Assembly: GCA_011321845.1 (NCBI GenBank)
Contig: DROQ01000211.1
Coordinates: 21,911 to 85,910, forward strand
Reading direction: 5' to 3'
DNA from: Planctomycetota bacterium
GTDB lineage: Bacteria > Planctomycetota > UBA1135 > GCA-002748355
DNA: 64,000 bases
This document shows, piece after piece, positions 8,099 to 16,071 of the stretch (within the stretch, counting starts at the first letter, position 1; each line of letters opens with the position of its first letter). Under the pieces are notes generated by a model, which worked only from the letters and a program-made list of their open reading frames with translations, was not told the origin of the DNA and searched no databases. The position numbers and the translations under genes were made by a program.

Positions 8099-9586
8099 TT
8101 AGGGGGCTACGATCCCAAAGCTCAGGCCCTGGGAGGCCGAGAAACCTTGGGCCCCGAGGCGGTCCAGGATGAGGACCTGGCTGCCGAGCTTGAGCCCCCC
8201 GAGGGAGGAGATCGCGGGGATGGAGAGGTTTCTGCTGAGGGCGCCGAGGCTGTTGGTGGTCGCCGGGAGGAGGGTAACAGGCAGCTTGAGAGGATCGATC
8301 AGGATGCGGAGTTCGCCGAGGCGCAGGTCCCCGGGGGAACCCAGGAGGAGGAAGGCCGGACTGCTGGGGCGTGCGTTGCTGAGGCTCAGGCGAAAGGATG
8401 GGGTCCCGGTCCACGCGGATCCAAAGACCTCCAGGAGGGGGGGCCGGTCCTCCCATCCCACTGTGGCGGTTCCGTAGGAGCGGCGAGCACTGGGGTCCGA
8501 CAGAATGCTGAGTCCTTTGTCGGGATCCAGGGCGTAGACTCGGTTGCTGAAGGGTTGGCGGGCGACAGCCAGAACGCCCCGGACTTCGGTGCCACTGCCC
8601 TTCCAGGGGTCGAAGTGGGCAATCTCCTTGGGAGTCCTGGGAGTTCCCAAGTCCAGCATGCGGAGCCCCTCACTCACAAAGCAGACCTGTGCCACTCCCC
8701 GGTCGAGGACCAGTCCCCCTCCCAGGGCCTTTCCACCCGGAGGGAAAAGGCTCCCCAGCATCTTGGGGGCTCCACCCTGGGCAAGGGCGAAGACGGAGAG
8801 GGCACCCCCCTGGGCGTGCGAATCGGTGACGACTCCGAGACTCTCATCCTGGGAAATGGCGATCCCCTCGGGAAAAGCCCTCGCGGTTTTGACGGCCGCG
8901 ATCCGCTTGGGTTGGCTGGGAGTGGAGAAATCGAGGATCTCCAGGCTACCGTTCCATTGGGCGCAGGCGTAGAGCCTGGTCCCCCGGAGGACCCCATTCA
9001 GGAGATAGGAGCCTTTCCAGGTTCCGAGGAATGTGGGTTTGCTTGGATCCGGGCTCAGGCTCAGGAGATGGGAACCTGTGTCTGTCCCCAGGATGGCGAT
9101 CCGGGAGGGAGTGGGGGGAGAAGTCTTGGACGCGTTCGCGGGCAGCTGCTCCGGCACCACACTGTGCGCGTAGCGAAACAGGCTCCCGAGGGCGGTCCCG
9201 GCCAGCCGGGCCTTGGCGGGGTCGCGGAGATCGAGGATCTGCACGCCCGCTCCCCCCTCGCTCACCACGTAGCCAAATCCCCCAAGCACGCAGGCAGAGC
9301 GCCAGACAGAAGGGGGCCCAGGGAATTGGGCGAGGAGCTTGGGTTTGGCGGGGTCGCGCAGGTCGAGCACCTGCGTCCCCTTGTTGTCGAGGAGGAGTGC
9401 GAACTCCCCTCCCTTGGCATCCCGAAAGGCCGCTACCCCGGCGAAGCTCTTCCCCTTCGGGTCGAGGCTTTTGCTGTAGGTCCCCAGAAGTTTGTAGTTC
9501 CTGGAACTCTGAGCCGGCAGACCTCCCCCCAGGCTGAGCAGGCTCAGGAGGAGGGGGAGGTGCAAACCGGGGCGGGTCCGGGGCAT
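8099..9586 (-). CDS. Secreted LVIVD-repeat beta-propeller protein (choice-of-anchor-B-like), paralog 1
   Basis: Internal ATG 9586 gives signal peptide MPRTRPGLHLPLLLSLLSLGGGLPAQS; repeated 'LDLRDPAKP' type LVIVD blades; 1-nt overlap (TAATG) with upstream paralog. Confidence 0.8.
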   Translation of the reverse strand: MPRTRPGLHLPLLLSLLSLGGGLPAQSSRNYKLLGTYSKSLDPKGKSFAGVAAFRDAKGGEFALLLDNKGTQVLDLRDPAKPKLLAQFPGPPSVWRSACVLGGFGYVVSEGGAGVQILDLRDPAKARLAGTALGSLFRYAHSVVPEQLPANASKTSPPTPSRIAILGTDTGSHLLSLSPDPSKPTFLGTWKGSYLLNGVLRGTRLYACAQWNGSLEILDFSTPSQPKRIAAVKTARAFPEGIAISQDESLGVVTDSHAQGGALSVFALAQGGAPKMLGSLFPPGGKALGGGLVLDRGVAQVCFVSEGLRMLDLGTPRTPKEIAHFDPWKGSGTEVRGVLAVARQPFSNRVYALDPDKGLSILSDPSARRSYGTATVGWEDRPPLLEVFGSAWTGTPSFRLSLSNARPSSPAFLLLGSPGDLRLGELRILIDPLKLPVTLLPATTNSLGALSRNLSIPAISSLGGLKLGSQVLILDRLGAQGFSASQGLSFGIVAP

Positions 9587-11043
9587 TATTTTGCGAAGAG
9601 GGTCAGCTTGAGGCCGCGCGTCCCCGACATGCCGAAGGAACCTCCCGGATCCAGCACGAGGAACTGGGAGTAGAGGACCACATTGTTGAGAGAGCTGGAG
9701 GAGGGGATGGGGGCGTTCAGGTGCGCGATCCCCTGGCTGTTGGTTCCCGCCGCAATCAGAATGGGGCTGGGGTTGAACAACTCCACATTGATGGTGAGCC
9801 CGGAGATGTTGAGGTTGCCGGCCTTCCCGCCGACGACAAGGACACCACCACTGTTGGGTTTGGCGTTGGCCACGTGCAGGGCGAAGCTGGGGTTGCCCAG
9901 GTAGGCGGCCCCGAAGGCATTCATCGTCGGGGTCCGTCCGCCGGTTCCGGCCGTCCCCTTTCCATACTTGGTGGCGATGGACTTGGGCCGAACTACGTAG
10001 AGTCCGCTCTGGATATCGGAGAGGATCACAATGCCGGAGGGGAAGAAAGGAAAGCAACCCCAGTCCCCGTTGTAGCCCCTGCTACTGCCGCTCCAGGTGT
10101 CGTAGTACCCCACCTCGACCGGCTTGCTCGGCGTGCTGATGTCGAAGGTCCGATAGCCCTCGGTGTAGTGGGACATATGGCCTACCCGGTCTCGCGAATA
10201 GACGTTGTGAGGGATGGCGCTGGGAGCCCCTTTTGGGTTTCCGCGGAACGTCGCGATCAGCTTGGGGGCGAGTTTGTTCCGGATGTCATAGATCCCCACT
10301 GGCCCTCCGGCGGCTTCGTTCGTGGACATCGCGTAGTTGTTGTCCTTGGTCGCCCAGGCGTTGTGGCAGTAACGGGAGCCGGGAGCCCTCACCGAACCAA
10401 GGGACTTGATGACGGGAGGTGTATTCCGCACTCCGCGCACATCGAGGATGTGGTAGCGGTTGACGTAAATCTCGGCGACGTGGGCGTACCCATCCTGGAC
10501 GTGGAGGTCGTGGATGTAGTTTCCCCTCCAAGTCATCAAATACTTGGGGTTGACGGGGTTCGCGCGCACATCCGCGACCACCATTCCCACGTTGGTCCCG
10601 CAGAGATAGGCCACCCCTTCCTTGGTGTCGATATAGATGTCGTGGCAGTTCCGGTAGATGCTCCGTCCCCAGCCGGAGTTTACCAGTCGGGGGGAGTCGG
10701 GTTTGCTCATGTCGAAGATCCGCATTCCGACGCCGCGGGCTTCGGTCACGACGTAGACATAGTTTTTGTAGGTTTTGATGTCCCGCCAGGTGGAGGTCGC
10801 TCCTCGGAAGAACCCCACCTCGACGGGCTTGCTGGGGTTTTTCAAGTTCAAGATCGAGAGCCCCGTGGTCGTGCCGAGCAGGGCGTACTCCGTACCGTTT
10901 GGAGCGACATATCCCCAGCAGTCGTTGTAACGTCCATGCTTGTTGACATGACTCAGGAGGGTGACATTCCGCGACTGTGCGGGAAGAAGGCTGCCTCCCA
11001 TCAAGCAGGCAGCCAGAGAGAGGGGGAGAAAAGAGTTGCGCAT
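9586..11043 (-). CDS. Secreted LVIVD-repeat beta-propeller protein (choice-of-anchor-B-like), paralog 2
   Basis: ATG 11043 gives signal peptide MRNSFLPLSLAACLMGGSLLPAQS; YNDCWGYVAPNGTEYALLG, STWRDIKTYKNYVYVVTE typical of this family. Confidence 0.8.
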   Translation of the reverse strand: MRNSFLPLSLAACLMGGSLLPAQSRNVTLLSHVNKHGRYNDCWGYVAPNGTEYALLGTTTGLSILNLKNPSKPVEVGFFRGATSTWRDIKTYKNYVYVVTEARGVGMRIFDMSKPDSPRLVNSGWGRSIYRNCHDIYIDTKEGVAYLCGTNVGMVVADVRANPVNPKYLMTWRGNYIHDLHVQDGYAHVAEIYVNRYHILDVRGVRNTPPVIKSLGSVRAPGSRYCHNAWATKDNNYAMSTNEAAGGPVGIYDIRNKLAPKLIATFRGNPKGAPSAIPHNVYSRDRVGHMSHYTEGYRTFDISTPSKPVEVGYYDTWSGSSRGYNGDWGCFPFFPSGIVILSDIQSGLYVVRPKSIATKYGKGTAGTGGRTPTMNAFGAAYLGNPSFALHVANAKPNSGGVLVVGGKAGNLNISGLTINVELFNPSPILIAAGTNSQGIAHLNAPIPSSSSLNNVVLYSQFLVLDPGGSFGMSGTRGLKLTLFAK

Positions 11044-11282
11044 ATGAGATCCCGTTTGGAAGAGAAAACGTAGAAAAGAGGGATTCCCGCCCATCTGATT
11101 CCACGTAAGGAACCAATTGAGCTGTTGAGGGGTAGCCACGCGTGAGAACGCGAAACGGTCTCCCATTCTATCCAAAAGACCGAAGGGATGGCTAGTCCTG
11201 CCGAAAAACCTTGAGGCCTTCCCACAGGATCCCCAACCGGGGAAGGAGGGCCGGAACCTCCGGTCTCAGGAAGGCCAGGGGG

Positions 11283-12647
11283 TCAACTCCGTTCGCGGGA
11301 GCGTGGGCGCCGGCTGCGTTCCCTTCCACCCCTTCCGCTGTCCCTCTCTCTGCGGCCTTCGCTTTGTTTCCAGCCCTTTCCCAGGTAGTCGTCCGTCTCC
11401 AGTTCGGTGATGTCGAGCTTACCCTGGGCGACCATGCGGTCCCAATCCCGCTGTTTGGTGGGGGAGACGAAGGTCAGGGCGGTTCCCTTGGCGCCGGCCC
11501 TGCCTGTGCGGCCGATGCGGTGCAGGTAGGTCTCCAGGGTGCGGGGAACGGCGTAGTTGAGGACGCGGGTCACATGGCTGATGTCCAGGCCCCGGGCGGC
11601 CACGTCGGTGGCGACCAGGGCGCGGATCTTGCCGGTTCGGAACTGGTCCATGATCTTGCGGCGCACGGGCTGGTCGTAGCCTCCGTGCAGGGAGAGAACC
11701 GGATAGGAGAGGCGTTTGAGCCGTTTGGCGAGGCGTTCCACCTCGAGCCGGGATTCGCAGAAGGCCAGGGTCACCGCATCTTCGTCCTGATCCAGGATCC
11801 GGATCATGGCGTCGGGGCGGTCCTCGGCGCGAACCTTCATCCAGAACTGCTCGATCGTACTGGCTGCTTTGGAACTCTTGTTGACTCCCATGGAGATGGG
11901 GTTCTTGAGGTATTTCTCGGCGATCTTCATCAGGGGAGGTGGGAAGGTCGCGGAGAAGAGGAGGACCTGCTTTTCCTTGGGGGTGGCCTCGAGGATCTCG
12001 GTCACGTCGTCGAGGAAGCCGATCTCGAGCATTTCGTCGGCTTCGTCCAGAACGGCGATCTCGACCCAGCCGAGGCTCAGCCATTTTTCCCGGACCATGT
12101 CCAGGACCCGGCCCGGGGTTCCGACGACGATCTGGCAGCCCTTTTGCAATTCTTTGATCTGGTCCCTCATGGGCTCCCCGCCCACGATGAGGGCGGTGCG
12201 CAGCGGTTTGTAGGTCGTCAATTCCTCGAACACCTCGGCGACTTGGAGGGCGAGTTCCCGGGTGGGGCAGAGGACGAGGGCGAGGACGGCGACGCGGTGT
12301 TCGTTGAGGCGGTCCACCACGGGGGCTCCGAAGGCGACGGTCTTACCCGATCCTGTCTCCGCCTTGCCCACCAGATCGCGCCCTTCGAGCGCCTTGGGGA
12401 TGGCGAGCGCCTGGATGGGGGTCGGTTTTTCGAAGCCCATGTCCTCCAAGGCGTCCAGGAGGTCGTCCGAGAGGTCCATCTCGTCGAAGCGTTCGATTTT
12501 GTCGTCGGGGGGAAGCTGCTCCCAATTGGTGGGAATACGTGGTGGTTTGCGGGAGGAGGGGCGGTCCTTGCTGGACCCTCGTTTGCCCCCCTTCTTCTTG
12601 GATGTCGAAATCGTGGACTCCTTTTGAATACTTTGAATAATGTTCAC
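11283..12647 (-). CDS. DEAD-box ATP-dependent RNA helicase with basic N- and C-terminal tails
   Basis: AETGSGKT (motif I), VLDEADEM (DEAD), SAT, HRIGRTGRAG (motif VI); GTG start at 12647. Confidence 0.93.
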   Translation of the reverse strand: MNIIQSIQKESTISTSKKKGGKRGSSKDRPSSRKPPRIPTNWEQLPPDDKIERFDEMDLSDDLLDALEDMGFEKPTPIQALAIPKALEGRDLVGKAETGSGKTVAFGAPVVDRLNEHRVAVLALVLCPTRELALQVAEVFEELTTYKPLRTALIVGGEPMRDQIKELQKGCQIVVGTPGRVLDMVREKWLSLGWVEIAVLDEADEMLEIGFLDDVTEILEATPKEKQVLLFSATFPPPLMKIAEKYLKNPISMGVNKSSKAASTIEQFWMKVRAEDRPDAMIRILDQDEDAVTLAFCESRLEVERLAKRLKRLSYPVLSLHGGYDQPVRRKIMDQFRTGKIRALVATDVAARGLDISHVTRVLNYAVPRTLETYLHRIGRTGRAGAKGTALTFVSPTKQRDWDRMVAQGKLDITELETDDYLGKGWKQSEGRRERDSGRGGRERSRRPRSRERS

Positions 12648-12777
12648 TCTTGCGCGGGTCTCCGCGCTTTTCCTGCTTGTCTTGGTTGGTTTCTTTACGT
12701 GTCTTTTTGGGGAACCAGATTAGCCCTCCGGCTGGGGTGGGGCAACCTTTCTTCCTTTCTCCGCCGGGAGGCTGTAC

Positions 12778-12805
12778 TTGACAGCTCCCCTTGCCTGGGT
12801 AGACT
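12778..12805 (+). promoter_or_regulatory. Candidate sigma70-type promoter upstream of rplC
   Basis: TTGACA (12778-12783) - 16 nt - TAGACT (12800-12805); would give a ~210-nt leader containing a 9-bp GC hairpin CGGCGACCC/GGGTCGCCG (about 12902-12921). Sequence match only. Confidence 0.3.
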
Positions 12806-13017
12806 CCTTTGCCCTCTTTCTCCCGGGATTTCGTTCCGGGGAGGAGGGTTGCCTCCGGGAGAGCTTCCTGGTGGCTGAAAATTCCGGGGCTCTGGACTGA
12901 GCGGCGACCCAAGGGTCGCCGGCATCGGACGGATCCCCTCGAGAACCCTCTTTGGGCTTTGCGGGCTTTGTTTTCAAGGCCGGAGGAACAAAGGGATTTG
13001 GATTCAAGGATGGAACG

Positions 13018-13788
13018 ATGAGAAAACACAAGATGGGGTCTTCGGCCCCGGGCATCCTCGGGAAAAAGCTGGGGATGACCCAATTCTTCGAAGAGGACGG
13101 GACGGTGGTCCCTGTGACGGTGATCGAGGCCGGCCCTTGTCGGGTCCTGCAGGTCAAGGTCAAAGACGTCAACGAGCTTCCCGAGGAGCGGCGGACGGCC
13201 GCCGACAACCGGGGGAAAAAGCTGGGTCGCAAGGAGCGTCTGCGTCGTGCCGATGGGTATTACGCGGTGCAGCTGGGATTCGGATTGCGGCATGAGCGCA
13301 ACTGCAAAAAGCCCAGCCTCGGCCACTCCAAGAAGGCCGGCCTCGAGGGCGGGAGCCCGTATTTTGTCCGTGAGTTGCGCTGGGACAGCCTTCCTCCCTA
13401 CGCGGAGGGCCAGGACCTGGACGTCTCGGTACTCGAGGGCATCGACAAGGTGGACATCACCGGCATGACCAAGGGGCGCGGCTGGACCGGCACCATCAAA
13501 CGCTGGAATTTCCAGCGACAGCCCATGTCCCACGGCACCAAAAAATGTCACCGCCATGTCGGCGGCACGGGCCGAACCTACAGTACCGCCAAGGGTATCC
13601 CCAAGGGCAAGAAGTCCGCGGGACACTACGGTGTTGAAAAGGTTTCCACCCTTGGACTCCAGGTCGTGGGTGTCGATAAGGACCGCAACCTCCTGTTTAT
13701 CAAGGGCAATGTCCCTGGACCGATCAACGGGCATCTGGTGATTCGGCAATCCAAGCGCAGCAAACTCTCGACCGGCAAGAAGAGCTGA
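13018..13788 (+). CDS. rplC: 50S ribosomal protein L3 (uL3), isolated from S10 operon, with ~25-aa insertion
   Basis: GILGKKLGMTQFFEEDGTVVPVTVIEAGPC and TKGRGWTGTIKRWNFQRQPMSHG are uL3 signatures; ATG 13018 preceded by AAGGA; no rpsJ or rplD flanking. Confidence 0.9.
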   Translation: MRKHKMGSSAPGILGKKLGMTQFFEEDGTVVPVTVIEAGPCRVLQVKVKDVNELPEERRTAADNRGKKLGRKERLRRADGYYAVQLGFGLRHERNCKKPSLGHSKKAGLEGGSPYFVRELRWDSLPPYAEGQDLDVSVLEGIDKVDITGMTKGRGWTGTIKRWNFQRQPMSHGTKKCHRHVGGTGRTYSTAKGIPKGKKSAGHYGVEKVSTLGLQVVGVDKDRNLLFIKGNVPGPINGHLVIRQSKRSKLSTGKKS

Positions 13789-13799
13789 AGGGGAAGACG

Positions 13800-13946
13800 A
13801 TGGCTAAATCAAGATTCAAGGGCCGGGGCGCGACCCGGGGTCGCCTCAAGCGCAAGATGCTCGGCAAGGGATCCAGCTCGGTCAACAAGAGGGTGAAAAA
13901 GTCCCTCCCCAAACGCGTTCACCTCCGCTTTCCCTTTCCCATCTGA
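13800..13946 (+). CDS. Small highly basic ORF (48 aa) immediately after rplC
   Basis: ATG 13800 preceded by GAAGGGGAAG; MAKSRFKGRGATRGRLKRKMLGKGSSSVNKRVKKSLPKRVHLRFPFPI; about one third K/R; below ORF-track cutoff; no family recognised. Confidence 0.4.
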   Translation: MAKSRFKGRGATRGRLKRKMLGKGSSSVNKRVKKSLPKRVHLRFPFPI

Positions 13947-13996
13947 ATGAAGCTCTTCATGATTTGGGATCCTGCGGGTTAAGCCGCCCTGGCCTC

Positions 13997-15253
13997 ATGG
14001 ACCTCTGTGTCGTGGGGGCGGGGGCGGCGGGGCTCGCGGCGGCTCGGGCTGCCGCCGAAGCCGGGGCCGAGGTCCTTCTCCTGGAACGGGGGAGCAGACC
14101 CGGCCTCAAGATCCTGATCAGCGGTGGGGGGCGATGCAATCTGACGACTGCCCTCCCTCTCAAGGAAGCCGAGCGTGTGTTCTCCCCCGAGGAGCGACGC
14201 TTTCTCCGCCACGCCCTCCGGGCTTGTCCTCCGCAGCGTATCCGAAATTGGGTCGAAGAGGCCGGAGTGCCGACCTATGTCGAGGACTTCGACAAGGTCT
14301 TTCCCCGCAGTGACCGGGCCGAGGACGTGCGGAGGGTCCTGGTCCAGGCGGCCTTGGAGGCCGGGGTGGAACTCCGCTGCGGGCAGCGGGTCCTGGGCCT
14401 GAGCCCCAACTCCCGGGGTTCCGGGGCAGGAGGCTTCGAGCTGCGCCTGGAGGGCGGGGGGGCGCTCCGTTGCAAGCGCCTGATCCTCGCCACCGGCGGA
14501 CTCAGTTATCCCAAGACCGGGAGCAGCGGGGATGGTTTTGGCTGGCTTCGGGAGATGGGTGTCCCCCTTCGCCCGCTTCTTCCGGCCCTGGTGCCATTGG
14601 TGTCGCCGGCCGGGTGGTTGCATTCTCTCACGGGAACCACCCTCCCCGATGCGGAATGCCAGCTGCGAACCTCTGGCGGTCGGATCGTGGCCAGGCGCCG
14701 CCGACCCCTTCTGTTCACCCACTTCGGGATCTCAGGGCCGGGCCCCATGGACCTCTCGGGCGCCCTGCTTCGTTCCCGGGAGGAGAAGGGGGAGCCGCTC
14801 GGATTCTTCGTGGACCTTTGCCCCGAGGCCGATCTGGAGGCGTTGAGAGAACATTGTTTCGAGGGAAGGGGAGGCCTCCAGGGACGCCTGCGCGCTCTAG
14901 GCATTCCCCGAAGGGTGGCCGCCACCCTCCTCGAGACCTTGGAACTCGGCCAGGCCTCTCCAGCCGAACTCCCTCGCGCAAAACGAAACCGGCTCCTTTC
15001 TACGCTCAAGGGCTGGGAACTGCCCATCTCAGGCTCCCAGGGGTTTGGGCGGGCTGAGACCACGAGCGGTGGCGTTCCTCTCTCGGAGATGGCTCCGAGG
15101 ACCTTGGAGCTGAAAAGGGTTCCGGGCTTGCACCTCAGCGGCGAACTCCTGGATGTGGATGCTCCGATCGGGGGGTTCAGCTTTTGGTTGGCATTTGCCA
15201 CGGGAGCCCTGGCGGGGAGAGCAGCCGCTCAGTCGCTGGGCTCGTCGCTGTAG
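13997..15253 (+). CDS. HI0933/BaiN-like NAD(P)/FAD-dependent flavoprotein
   Basis: MDLCVVGAGAAGLAAA dinucleotide fold plus ISGGGRCNLT family signature; ATG 13997. Confidence 0.8.
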   Translation: MDLCVVGAGAAGLAAARAAAEAGAEVLLLERGSRPGLKILISGGGRCNLTTALPLKEAERVFSPEERRFLRHALRACPPQRIRNWVEEAGVPTYVEDFDKVFPRSDRAEDVRRVLVQAALEAGVELRCGQRVLGLSPNSRGSGAGGFELRLEGGGALRCKRLILATGGLSYPKTGSSGDGFGWLREMGVPLRPLLPALVPLVSPAGWLHSLTGTTLPDAECQLRTSGGRIVARRRRPLLFTHFGISGPGPMDLSGALLRSREEKGEPLGFFVDLCPEADLEALREHCFEGRGGLQGRLRALGIPRRVAATLLETLELGQASPAELPRAKRNRLLSTLKGWELPISGSQGFGRAETTSGGVPLSEMAPRTLELKRVPGLHLSGELLDVDAPIGGFSFWLAFATGALAGRAAAQSLGSSL

Positions 15254-16071
15254 CTTTCGTTTTCGTTGGGGAAGCTTCCCTCGCGGACATCGGCGACGTA
15301 ATTGCGGAAGGCTTTGGACATTTCCTCCGCGATCTCGGCATAGCGCCGGACGAAGCGCGGATGGAAACGCGTGAACAGCCCGAGCATGTCATGGGTCACG
15401 AGGATTTGGCCGTCGCAGTCCGGGCCCGCCCCGATTCCGATGGTTGGGACCTGGACCGCCTCGGTGATCCTCCGACCGAGGGAGGAGGGGATCTTCTCGA
15501 GGACGATGGCGAAGACACCTGCTTCCTCGAGCGCGATGGCGTCTTCGAAGATCCGGTTCGCCTCCTCCGGATCCGTCCCCCTTACGCGGTAGGTCCCGAA
15601 CTGATGGATGGCCTGAGGGGTGAGCCCCAGGTGTCCCATGACGGGAATGCCCGCGTCGGTCAACCTCCGGATGACTTTGCATTGGGCCTTGCCCCCTTCG
15701 AGTTTGACGGCTTCGGAGCGGGACTCCTTGAGGATGCGCCCCGCGTTTCGAAGGGCTTCTTCGTCACTGACCTGGTAGGAGAGGAAGGGGAGATCGACGA
15801 CCACCAGGGCCCGCTTGACAATGCGGGTCACCAGGCGGGCGTGGTAGACCATCTGGTCCATGGTGACGGGTACCGTGGTGTCCAGGCCCTGGACCACGGT
15901 GCCAACGCTGTCTCCGACCAGGAGGACATCCACCCCCGCCTTGTCGAGGATCTCGGCCATCAAGGCGTCGTAGGCGGTGAGGGCTGCGATCCGCTTGCCC
16001 TTTTGTTTCATCCTCCGAAGAGCTTCGGTCGTGATCTTGCGTTTTTTCGGGTGAGCACCCTTGGAACTCAT
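15229..16071 (-). CDS. panB: 3-methyl-2-oxobutanoate hydroxymethyltransferase
   Basis: ALTAYDA, LLVGDSVG, AVKLEGG motifs; start overlaps pcnB stop by 1 nt. Confidence 0.93.
   Translation of the reverse strand: MSSKGAHPKKRKITTEALRRMKQKGKRIAALTAYDALMAEILDKAGVDVLLVGDSVGTVVQGLDTTVPVTMDQMVYHARLVTRIVKRALVVVDLPFLSYQVSDEEALRNAGRILKESRSEAVKLEGGKAQCKVIRRLTDAGIPVMGHLGLTPQAIHQFGTYRVRGTDPEEANRIFEDAIALEEAGVFAIVLEKIPSSLGRRITEAVQVPTIGIGAGPDCDGQILVTHDMLGLFTRFHPRFVRRYAEIAEEMSKAFRNYVADVREGSFPNENESYSDEPSD

Noticed and set aside
7890-8172. 70-aa and 85-aa ORFs in the mqnD/LVIVD intergenic region
   Set aside because: Their internal 'SKGSVQQ/SKGSVRQ' repeats are just the translated DNA repeats, and there is no start context.
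9587-10057. N-terminal extension of the 652-aa ORF (8099-10057)
   Set aside because: It overlaps the C-terminal coding region of the upstream LVIVD paralog in another frame. ATG 9586 gives a signal peptide and TAATG coupling.
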